In this document: piece by piece, positions 41,621-48,985 of the stretch
Layout: every line of letters begins with the position of its first letter
Position numbering within the stretch: the stretch's first letter is position 1
NCBI GenBank assembly: GCA_003158255.1
Contig: PMIH01000030.1
Location: 34,728-87,492, forward strand
Direction of reading: 5' to 3'
DNA: 52,765 nucleotides
Source: Rhodocyclaceae bacterium
Lineage (GTDB): Bacteria; Pseudomonadota; Gammaproteobacteria; Burkholderiales; Rhodocyclaceae
Program-made: the position numbers and the translations under genes
The notes under the pieces: generated by a model
Database searches by the model: none
Seen by the model: only the letters and a program-made list of their open reading frames with translations
What the model was told of the DNA's origin: nothing

Positions 41621-42957
41621 CAGCTTCGCAGGCCTGGAAGTTCGTTACGTTGGCAGACGTTGGTACAGTCGTCACCGGAAACACGCCGCCCACTAAAGAG
41701 CTTCACTACTATGGCAACGACATTCCATTCGTGAAACCGACTGAGCTTATTGACAGGCCGATTCAGACCGCGCCCCAAATGCTGTCACACGCCGGCGCGG
41801 AAGTAGCCCGCAAAGTTCCTGCGGGCGCCGTACTCGTGTCCTGTATTGGCAATCTTGGAAAGACCGGCATCGCGCGCGTGCCGGTTTCACTGAACCAGCA
41901 GATCAACGCCATCGTTTTCAGGAATGAGGTGTTGCCTGAGTTTGGCTTCTACTACGCCCAGACTCTGAAGCGATGGCTGCATGGGCAGTCATCGGCAACG
42001 ACGATTCCCATCGTAAACAAGGGCAAATTTCAACAGGCCCCTTTTCCGCTTGCGCCGTTGGAAGATCAACACCGCATCGTCGCCGAAATCGAAAAGCAGT
42101 TCTCCCGCCTCGACGAAGCCGTCGCCGGCCTCCAGCGCGTCAAGGCCAACCTCAAGCGCTACAAGGCCGCCGTCCTAAAGTCAGCCGTGACGGGACGGCT
42201 CGTCCCCACCGAAGCCGACCTCGGCCGCCGCGAAGGCCGCAACCACGAATCCGGTGCCCAACTCCTGCACCGCATCCTCGAAACCCGCCGCAGCCAGTGG
42301 CAAGGCAAGGGCAAGTACAAGGAACCCACCGCGCCGGATACCACCGACCTGCCGGAGTTGCCGGAGGGGTGGGTGTGGTCAAACCTTGCCACCGCAGCGG
42401 CGCGCGTCACGGTAGGCCATGTTGGCCCAATGAAAGATGAGTACGTTGATTGCGGAATACCGTTCTTGCGATCGCAGAACGTCCGTCCGAATCGTTACGA
42501 TGCAGAAGGGCTCAAGTTCATTTCTGCTGAGTTTCACCAACGACTGGGAAAGTCAGCCCTACATCCAGGCGACATCGTTGTGGTCCGGTCCGGCAGCGTT
42601 GGGGTTTCCTGCGTCATTCCCGAATCGCTTCCGGAAGCCAACTGTTCAGACCTGGTTATCGTGAAGGGGCCGCAGGGCGTGTTGCCGGCTTTCGGCGCGT
42701 ACTACCTGAACTCCGTTGTTGAGTCTCGCATTGCAGCCGGAAAGGTCGGCGTCGCGCTCGTCCATTTCAATACCCAGTCGGTCGCCGAACTTCCATTGCC
42801 TGTGCCGCCACTCGCCGAACAACACCGCATTGTCGCCGAAGTCGACCGCCTGCTCTCGATCGCCCGCGAAACCGAGGCCGAGGTAGAGGCCAACCTCAAG
42901 CGGGCAAAGGGGTTGCGGCAGGCGATTCTCGGCAAGGCATTTACCCCGGCGGACTGA
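41617..42957 (+). CDS. hsdS: type I restriction-modification specificity subunit HsdS
   Basis: 446 aa, GTG start overlapping the hsdR end. It has two target-recognition domains separated by conserved helices (repeated EQHRIVAEI/EQHRIVAEV). Confidence 0.85.
   Translation: MTASQAWKFVTLADVGTVVTGNTPPTKELHYYGNDIPFVKPTELIDRPIQTAPQMLSHAGAEVARKVPAGAVLVSCIGNLGKTGIARVPVSLNQQINAIVFRNEVLPEFGFYYAQTLKRWLHGQSSATTIPIVNKGKFQQAPFPLAPLEDQHRIVAEIEKQFSRLDEAVAGLQRVKANLKRYKAAVLKSAVTGRLVPTEADLGRREGRNHESGAQLLHRILETRRSQWQGKGKYKEPTAPDTTDLPELPEGWVWSNLATAAARVTVGHVGPMKDEYVDCGIPFLRSQNVRPNRYDAEGLKFISAEFHQRLGKSALHPGDIVVVRSGSVGVSCVIPESLPEANCSDLVIVKGPQGVLPAFGAYYLNSVVESRIAAGKVGVALVHFNTQSVAELPLPVPPLAEQHRIVAEVDRLLSIARETEAEVEANLKRAKGLRQAILGKAFTPAD
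42176..42200 (+). repeat. dispersed motif, weaker copy
   Basis: TAAAGTCAG CCGT GACGGGACGGCT, in hsdS. The first half is good; the second half matches only about 7 of 12. Confidence 0.35.
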
Positions 42958-43020
42958 AACCGGTACACTCTCGCAATTCCGTTCCACCGGCGCTCCTGCC
43001 GGCTTCACTTGGAGACTGCC

Positions 43021-43974
43021 GTGAAAACCTTTGAACGTTCATTTCGCCTTGAGGCGAACGAAGGGCTTGGTGCCAAACCGCGTCCGGAGCTGATCGGGCC
43101 GGTGCTGGCCCACTTGCACGACACCTTGCAGGATTCCGTGCGCATGGGATTCCTGCATTCAAGCCGGGCGCGCGGCCGCGTGCCGGCATCGTTACGACTG
43201 GCGGCCGATGTTCGGTACATCGGCCATTCTGCCGATGGCGATACGGCCACCTTGCTTCACTTCGAGGTACCGTCGTTCGGCGAGGCGGCGGCCGACCTCT
43301 ACCGGCAGCAGGGCCTTTGGGAAGATGGTCCGCAACCGGAACAAACGGCTTTCGAATTGCTCGGTGCTGCTTTGAGCGACGTGGCGGCCCGGTGTGCCGA
43401 CAGCAATCGTTTCGACAGCGGCCTATTGCATCGCCTGGCCCGCTACCGGCGCATGTTTGGACGCGGTCATCTGGACCGAATTGCCCTGCCGGACGTGGCG
43501 CTACCTCGGCCCGGACAACTCGACGCTTCAGTTGTCGAGTCCGCCAAGGCGATGTACTCGGCGACCCCGCCGTCCCGGCGCGTTCGTATCGCCGGCCGGC
43601 TGGATGTGCTGGGAGTCAGCCAGGGCATACTCAAGCTGGACCTAGGCAACGGCAATGTCGTTACCGCTCTGTGGGATGGAGATGCCGATGTCGTGGCGCT
43701 CCGGGATCACCTGAACCGGGACGTGGTGATTGAAGGCAACGCGATCTTTCGTCCTTCAGGTGGCCTGCTGCGCGTGGATGCGTCGGCGATTGCCGCGGCG
43801 GCTGCGCGGGATGATTTCTTCCGGGTAATTCCCTCTGGGGTATTGGCGCAAGACGTACAGCGTGCAGCCCACTTGCGACCCGGCGAGAAGTCCGTTTACG
43901 CGCGAATTTTCGGGCGCATTCCGGCGGAGGAAACGGAAGAGGAATTCGATGCTGCCATCGAGTCCATGAGCTGA
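43021..43974 (+). CDS. hypothetical protein (no family recognised) in the antitoxin position upstream of vapC
   Basis: The ORF track gives 43009-43974 (TTG). I prefer the GTG at 43021, 6 nt after GGAG. About 317 aa with an acidic C-terminus, EETEEEFDAAIESMS. Its stop is 7 nt before the vapC ATG. Confidence 0.5.
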   Translation: MKTFERSFRLEANEGLGAKPRPELIGPVLAHLHDTLQDSVRMGFLHSSRARGRVPASLRLAADVRYIGHSADGDTATLLHFEVPSFGEAAADLYRQQGLWEDGPQPEQTAFELLGAALSDVAARCADSNRFDSGLLHRLARYRRMFGRGHLDRIALPDVALPRPGQLDASVVESAKAMYSATPPSRRVRIAGRLDVLGVSQGILKLDLGNGNVVTALWDGDADVVALRDHLNRDVVIEGNAIFRPSGGLLRVDASAIAAAAARDDFFRVIPSGVLAQDVQRAAHLRPGEKSVYARIFGRIPAEETEEEFDAAIESMS

Positions 43975-43981
43975 CGAGAGG

Positions 43982-44434
43982 ATGGCTACAACGCTTCCGT
44001 ATCTGCTGGATACCAATATCGTGCTGCTTTGGACGCGCGAGAACAGCACTGTGGCGGAAGCCTTGGATCGGCAGTTCGGTTTGCGGGACTCACCATTTCG
44101 TCCGGCGATCAGCGAAGTCACGGTGGCCGAGTTGCTGGCATTCGCCGAAAAGTGAGGAGACAAGCGCCGGCAGTTGCTCAAGGACATCATCGACGAACTG
44201 CTGGTCCTGCCGATCTCGCGACCGGAAGTTCATCAACAATGGGCGAAGTTGTACTCACACGCTAAGGCCACCGGCCTGGCGATTCAGCACAATGACGTGT
44301 GGATTGCAGCGACGGCGAGCGTGGCCGGGTTGCGCTTGATTTCATCGGATGCCGCCGCCTTCCTGCCGTTGCGAGGGACCGGGTGGGTGGACGTGGATGT
44401 GATCGATGCAAAGACGGGAGCGCTCGTGCCATGA
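43982..44434 (+). pseudogene. vapC: PIN-domain toxin VapC with an in-frame TGA
   Basis: ATG at 43982. MATTLPYLLDTNIVLL...ELLAFAEK is followed by a TGA (44153-44155), then the same frame continues GDKRRQLL...ISSDAAAF to 44434. The PIN acidic residues are present. The N-terminal 57-aa piece is below the ORF-track cutoff. Confidence 0.65.
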
Positions 44435-44967
44435 CGCCTCTCGACGCGGCCATTCTCCGTACCGCCAATGCATACTGCGCGCTCGGTTATGGTCTGTCTG
44501 AGCATGAGCTGCAGGAGCTTGCCGATTTCCTCCAGGAAGCCGGAGAAGCACTCAATCTGCCGTTCGAGAAGCATGCGTACGGGCCTTACTCCGATACTTT
44601 GCGTCATGTCCTCAATCGGATGGAAGGGCATTCCATCCGTGGCCTTGGTGACGGCGTTGCAGATGTCGAGATCGAGCCCGTTGCGGATGCCCTGGCTGAG
44701 GCTGAAACGTTCGTCGAAGCGCACGGCCATGAGGCCATGGCGGAGCGAGTGCTGCGCGTAGGCGACTTGATTGAGGGCTTCCAGTCGCCCTATGGCATGG
44801 AGTTGCTCGCGACCGTGCACTGGGTTGCCAAACACGAAGGCGCAGCGACGAAGGAGCAGGCGATTGCCGCTGTGCGCGCGTGGAATGATCGGAAGAAATC
44901 CTTGATGACACCGGAGCATGTTGCGGCAGCGTGGAACCGGTTGGAACAGGCTGGTTGGTTGAACTAA
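44431..44967 (+). CDS. hypothetical protein (possibly Panacea/SocA-like; weak)
   Basis: ATG at 44431, an ATGA overlap with the vapC end; 178 aa. The segment FEKHAYGPYSDTLRHVLNRMEG is reminiscent of antitoxin-associated domains, but I cannot assign it. The ORF-track 5' extension overlaps vapC. Confidence 0.45.
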   Translation: MTPLDAAILRTANAYCALGYGLSEHELQELADFLQEAGEALNLPFEKHAYGPYSDTLRHVLNRMEGHSIRGLGDGVADVEIEPVADALAEAETFVEAHGHEAMAERVLRVGDLIEGFQSPYGMELLATVHWVAKHEGAATKEQAIAAVRAWNDRKKSLMTPEHVAAAWNRLEQAGWLN

Positions 44968-44975
44968 ATCGCCCC

Positions 44976-45461
44976 ATGACTAAGACAACATCGCTTTACA
45001 CCTTCGGATATGAGGGCTTAACGCTGGAGGCCTTCATTGCTCGCCTCAAGGAGATCGGCGTCCGCACGATCATCGACGTGCGCGAACTGCCCTTGTCGCG
45101 GAAGAAGGGCTTCTCAAAACGGGCGTTCGCCGAGGCGCTGCACGGTGCCGGCATCGCTTACGCGCATATGCCTGCCTTGGGGTGCCCGAAGCCGATACGC
45201 GACGCGTATCGCGCGGATGGCAACTGGTCGACCTATACGCGCAAGATCATGGGCTATTTGGCGCAGCAAGCCGCCGCCGTGACGGAGGTGGCAAAGATCG
45301 CCCGTACGACCTCAGCTTGCCTGGTGTGCTTCGAGGCTGATTTCAACTATTGCCACCGCAGCATGGTGGCCCGCGCCGCCGCTCGCGCCGGCGGGCCGGC
45401 CGTGGTGCATCTGACGGCTAGAACAGCGATCCCTGAGATTTCTGCAAAGGCCGCTGCTTAG
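44976..45461 (+). CDS. DUF488-family protein
   Basis: ATG at 44976. MTKTTSLYTFGYEGLTLEAFIARLKEIGVRTIIDVRELPLSRKKGFSK is the typical DUF488 N-terminus. Confidence 0.7.
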   Translation: MTKTTSLYTFGYEGLTLEAFIARLKEIGVRTIIDVRELPLSRKKGFSKRAFAEALHGAGIAYAHMPALGCPKPIRDAYRADGNWSTYTRKIMGYLAQQAAAVTEVAKIARTTSACLVCFEADFNYCHRSMVARAAARAGGPAVVHLTARTAIPEISAKAAA

Positions 45462-45549
45462 GCGGGTAGATCAGGCTGATGATCAGCCACTGATCGGGAA
45501 AGCGGTGGATGGCAATCGATTTGTAAGCCGGCTAAAGCCGGCATTCATG

Positions 45550-45607
45550 TTGACAATAGCCGGTTATAGCCAGCATACTTATCCACTATTGCAGGACATG
45601 ACCTGCA
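45550..45607 (+). promoter_or_regulatory. sigma-70-like promoter plus operator-like inverted repeat upstream of mobile mystery protein A
   Basis: TTGACA (45550) -N18- CATACT (45574), then TGCAGG-N6-CCTGCA (45590-45607), 12 nt before the ATG of the HTH gene. Confidence 0.35.
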
Positions 45608-45619
45608 TACAATGCCGCC

Positions 45620-46084
45620 ATGACCGATACCAATACCCGTTTGAAGCGCCTTCAACTCGCTGATGCGCTACGTACTTACCCGGCGCCGGAGGCCGCCGCC
45701 GTACCGCGTCGCGGTTGGCTGCGCGCGATTCGTGAAGCGCTTGGAATGACCCAGGGCCAACTGGGTGCCCGTGCCGGGATCAGCCGGCAGTCGGTGCAGG
45801 ACTTCGAGCGCGCCGAGGTGGATCGCCGCATTACGCTGGAGAGCCTGGACAAGCTGGCGCGGGCGATGGGATGCCGCATGGTTTATGCGCTGGTGCCCGA
45901 GGCCGGGTCGGTGGATGCCGTGCGCGAGCAACGTGCTTTGGCGCTCGCGGAGAAAATGATTCAGCCTGCGGATCACTCGATGAAACTCGAAGCCCAGGGA
46001 GTAACAGCCGAGGAACGTGAACGGCAGCGCAAACTGCTGGCCGACATGCTGCTGGATGGAAGTCCCCGCAAGCTGTGGCGTTGA
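45620..46084 (+). CDS. mobile mystery protein A (XRE-type HTH)
   Basis: 154 aa. The HTH is RAIREALGMTQGQLGARAGISRQSVQDFE. It is paired with a Fic protein, as in the mobile mystery protein A/B family. Confidence 0.7.
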   Translation: MTDTNTRLKRLQLADALRTYPAPEAAAVPRRGWLRAIREALGMTQGQLGARAGISRQSVQDFERAEVDRRITLESLDKLARAMGCRMVYALVPEAGSVDAVREQRALALAEKMIQPADHSMKLEAQGVTAEERERQRKLLADMLLDGSPRKLWR

Positions 46085-46683
46085 ATCTCGACTATCCGTC
46101 TGGTGCCACGCCGCTCGACCCGGACGAGGCAGCCGGGTTGATTCCGGCGCACATCGCCAACCATGGCCAGTTGAACGAGTGGGAGATGGTGAATGTCATC
46201 GAAGGCGAGCATTGGGCTTTCGGCCGCCGTCACCCCGATCTGCTCGATAGCGCATTCATCTGCCGCTTGCATAAGCGGTTGTTCGGCAACACCTGGCGCT
46301 GGGCCGGGAAATTTCGCACCACCGAAAAGAATATCGGTGTGGACCCGCTGCGCATTCAGCCGGACTTGCGGAATTTGTGCGAGGACGTGAAGACGCAACT
46401 CGAATTCGAGAGCTATCCGCTTGACGAGATCGCCGCCCGCTTCAGCCATCGGCTGGTGTCGATTCATCCATTCGCCAATGGCAATGGCCGCCTATCGCGC
46501 ACAGCCGCCGATCTGTTGCTTGTTCAACACGGCAGGCCTCGCTTCGACTGGGGTGCCGGGAACCTGATCGCCGACGGTGACATACGACAACGCTACTTGG
46601 CCGCACTACGCGCAGCCGACGCCCGAGACTACGAACCACTGCTCGCCTTTGTCCGCTCCGGCGGCAACATGACTTCAGGCTGA
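46075..46683 (+). CDS. mobile mystery protein B (Fic/DOC family)
   Basis: 202 aa, GTG start overlapping the end of gene A. The Fic motif HPFANGNGR is intact. Confidence 0.75.
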   Translation: MALNLDYPSGATPLDPDEAAGLIPAHIANHGQLNEWEMVNVIEGEHWAFGRRHPDLLDSAFICRLHKRLFGNTWRWAGKFRTTEKNIGVDPLRIQPDLRNLCEDVKTQLEFESYPLDEIAARFSHRLVSIHPFANGNGRLSRTAADLLLVQHGRPRFDWGAGNLIADGDIRQRYLAALRAADARDYEPLLAFVRSGGNMTSG

Positions 46684-46759
46684 TCCGGCGTCGGTATTCG
46701 CTATTCGAGAATTCAGCATTTCAACCACATGATATTGCTTTTACAGGACTATTTACTTA

Positions 46760-46785
46760 TATTCGCCATTTGCAAATAGCGAATA
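46760..46785. promoter_or_regulatory. 26-bp near-perfect palindrome (operator candidate)
   Basis: TATTCGCCATTTG/CAAATAGCGAATA with one mismatch, ending 10 nt before the ATG at 46796. A third TATTCGC half-site lies at 46695-46701. Confidence 0.4.
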
Positions 46786-46795
46786 CGGTGCAGCC

Positions 46796-47341
46796 ATGTA
46801 TCGATCCAAGTCAAATCCACAGCTTGTTCTTCGTCCCCAGGATCTGGTGGTGTTGCTGCGCTTGTCCCTGGAACGCCAGACACCGCCAACCTATGCGGCA
46901 CTCGGCAGCGAACTCGTGCTCACGGCCTCGGAGGTCCACGCCGGGCTGGAGCGCGCCACCCTGGCGCAACTGGCGCGCAAGGACAAGGCGGGCAAGGCAG
47001 CGGTGGTGCGGGACGCCCTCTGGCTGTATGTGCAGCACGGTGCCCGCTATTCGTTTCCGGCAACGCGCGGCGAAGTGACGCGGGGCCTGCCGACGGGTTA
47101 CGCCGCGCCGCCACTCAAGGAGAAGATCGTCCAGCCGAATGAACCACCGCCGGTGTGGCCGCACAAGAACGGCCCGGTACGCGGGGCGGCGTTTTATCCG
47201 CTGTATCCAACGGTGCCCGAGGCTGCGATGCGCAATCCAGCGTTGTATGAACTGCTGGCGCTTTTCGATGCCGTGCGCGGCGGCAGTCCGCGCGAACGGG
47301 CCATTGCTCTCGATTTGTTGCAGGAGCGATTGGCCGCGTGA
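46796..47341 (+). CDS. hypothetical protein (winged-helix-like N-terminus; partner of the downstream NTase-like gene)
   Basis: 181-aa ORF whose stop overlaps the GTG start of the next gene. Confidence 0.45.
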   Translation: MYRSKSNPQLVLRPQDLVVLLRLSLERQTPPTYAALGSELVLTASEVHAGLERATLAQLARKDKAGKAAVVRDALWLYVQHGARYSFPATRGEVTRGLPTGYAAPPLKEKIVQPNEPPPVWPHKNGPVRGAAFYPLYPTVPEAAMRNPALYELLALFDAVRGGSPRERAIALDLLQERLAA

Positions 47342-47817
47342 ATCCGAACGACCCCAACGTCGCGATGATGGAGTTGGTGGCGGAGCGGCTTGGCGAGCGC
47401 CTGCGCGAGGAAATGGTGTTTGTCGGCGGCGCAGTCGCCGGCCTCTGGTATCCGCATGCCCTGGCAACGGCGCAGACAACAAACTTGCCGAGCGGCACCC
47501 CGATTCGCCTGGTAACGGCGCCCGTATTTCTCGCTACCAAATTCGAAGCGTTTGCTGATCGCGGCGGCAGGGACTATCTGTTCAGCCATGACCTTGGCGA
47601 TCTGATTTCGGTCATCGATGGCCGTGACGAACTCACCGCCGAATGCCGACTGGCCGAAGCACAACTGAAAAGCTACCTTCGCGACCAGTTCCGCGCACTG
47701 CTAGCCGTGCCGGCTTTCATCGATGCCCTGCCCGGCCACCTTCCGGGAGACTCCGCAAGCCAGGGGCGGCTCCCCGATCTCGAAGACAAATTGCGCCAAC
47801 TGGCGGAACTCAACTGA
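47338..47817 (+). CDS. nucleotidyltransferase-associated (AbiEii-like) protein, apparently short
   Basis: 159 aa. The N-terminal LVAERLGERLREEMVFVGGAVAGL and the C-terminal FLATKFEAFADRGGRDYLFSHDLGDLISVIDGR resemble the two ends of NTase-type toxins. The central catalytic segment seems to be missing. Confidence 0.4.
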   Translation: MNPNDPNVAMMELVAERLGERLREEMVFVGGAVAGLWYPHALATAQTTNLPSGTPIRLVTAPVFLATKFEAFADRGGRDYLFSHDLGDLISVIDGRDELTAECRLAEAQLKSYLRDQFRALLAVPAFIDALPGHLPGDSASQGRLPDLEDKLRQLAELN

Positions 47818-47820
47818 ACC

Positions 47821-47928
47821 ATGAACGCCTCCACCCTCGTCCAGAAACTCTGGAACTACTGCAACGTGCTGCGCGACGACGGCATGTCGTATGGCGACTA
47901 TGTCGAGCAGTTTGCTTGTCTGCTCTGA
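47821..47928 (+). pseudogene. duplicated 5' fragment of hsdM (35 codons then stop)
   Basis: 47821-47910 matches 48982-49071 at 88 of 90 positions (MNAS(T/I)LVQKLWNYCNVLRDDGMSYGDYVEQ). The sequence then diverges and reaches a TGA at 47926. Confidence 0.8.
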
Positions 47929-47935
47929 TTGACTA

Positions 47936-47971
47936 TGCCCAATATGGGCATTAACATTCCCAAAATGGGCA
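47936..47971. promoter_or_regulatory. two tandem operator-like palindromes
   Basis: TGCCCA-ATA-TGGGCA (47936-47950) and TTCCCA-AAA-TGGGCA (47957-47971), with starts 21 nt apart. They overlap the annotated 5' end of the MNT gene. Confidence 0.45.
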
Positions 47972-48582
47972 CGAACACCAAAGCACCCTCCACCCACACA
48001 AGCCTCGCCGACGCGCTGTTCTCCGGCACGCAGCAGCGTGTGCTCGGCCTGGTCTTCGGTCAGCCGGAGCGTAGCTTCTACGCGACGGAACTGATTGGGC
48101 TTACCGGCGCTGGCTCGGGCGCGGTGCAGCGCGAACTGGCGCGGTTGGCGCAGAGCGGTCTGGTAACGGTGCGTCCGGTGGGCAACCAGAAGCATTACCA
48201 GGCCAATCCGGATGCGCCGATCTATGCCGAACTGTGTGGTATCGCGCAAAAGACGGTCGGCCTTGCTGAGCCGCTGCGCGAAGCCTTGGGCTCCCTGGCG
48301 AAGAAGATCACGGCCGCCTTTGTGTACGGTTCAGTCGCGAAGCGGCAGGACACGGCGGCAAGCGACATCGACCTGATGTTGATCAGCGACAAGCTGACCT
48401 ATGCGGACGTCTTCGCGGTGCTGGAGGACGTTGGCACCCGCCTTGGCCGGCCGGTGAATCCAACGCTGATGACCCGCAAGGAACTGGCGAAACGCATTGC
48501 CAACGACAATTCCTTCGTCACGCGCGTGCTGGCCCAACCCAAGCTTTGGCTGATCGGCGGCGAACATGACCTCGCCGTTTGA
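47965..48582 (+). CDS. wHTH plus minimal nucleotidyltransferase (MNT-type antitoxin-like)
   Basis: I prefer the ATG at 47965 (the ORF track starts at 47929, inside the palindromes). It has a winged-helix region (GSGAVQRELARLAQSGLV) and the NTase motif GSVAKRQDTAASDIDLML. Confidence 0.65.
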   Translation: MGTNTKAPSTHTSLADALFSGTQQRVLGLVFGQPERSFYATELIGLTGAGSGAVQRELARLAQSGLVTVRPVGNQKHYQANPDAPIYAELCGIAQKTVGLAEPLREALGSLAKKITAAFVYGSVAKRQDTAASDIDLMLISDKLTYADVFAVLEDVGTRLGRPVNPTLMTRKELAKRIANDNSFVTRVLAQPKLWLIGGEHDLAV

Positions 48583-48985
48583 GAACCTCACCGGTTTCGG
48601 CAAGCCGCTGAAGGCGGAACCGCCGGACGCGAAGGAGTTCGCCGGCCTATGCCGCTCCGGCCTGGCACGGCTCAAGGATGCGGCGAACGAAGGGCTTTCG
48701 CTCGAAGGTCGCTTCGACCTGGCCTACAACGCCGCCCATGCATTTTGTCTCGCCGCGCTGCGCCGGCATGGCTACCGTTCGACGAACCGCTACATCGTGT
48801 TCCAACTGCTGCCGCATACCCTTGGGCTCGGTCCCGAAGTCTGGCGCGTGCTTGCCAAGTGCCACGACGTCCGCAACCTCGGCGAATATGAAGGCGATCT
48901 CAACGTCGACGAGCGCCTCGTTGCCGATCTGATTTCGGCCTGCCGAGCCGTTGCGGCGCGCCTCGATACCCCGCCTTCCTTATGA
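48566..48985 (+). CDS. HEPN-like protein (toxin partner of MNT)
   Basis: 139 aa, helical, overlapping the MNT end by 17 nt. It has an R-containing motif, HDVRNLGEY. Its TGA overlaps the hsdM ATG (ATGA). Confidence 0.5.
   Translation: MTSPFENLTGFGKPLKAEPPDAKEFAGLCRSGLARLKDAANEGLSLEGRFDLAYNAAHAFCLAALRRHGYRSTNRYIVFQLLPHTLGLGPEVWRVLAKCHDVRNLGEYEGDLNVDERLVADLISACRAVAARLDTPPSL

Noticed and set aside
39397-44155. In-frame TGA codons in hsdR and vapC as selenocysteine or programmed recoding (TGA read as Trp).
   Set aside because: I see no SECIS-like hairpin downstream, and these protein families are not selenoproteins. Many genes in the window use TGA as an ordinary stop. hsdR additionally carries a frameshift, so simple decay is more parsimonious.
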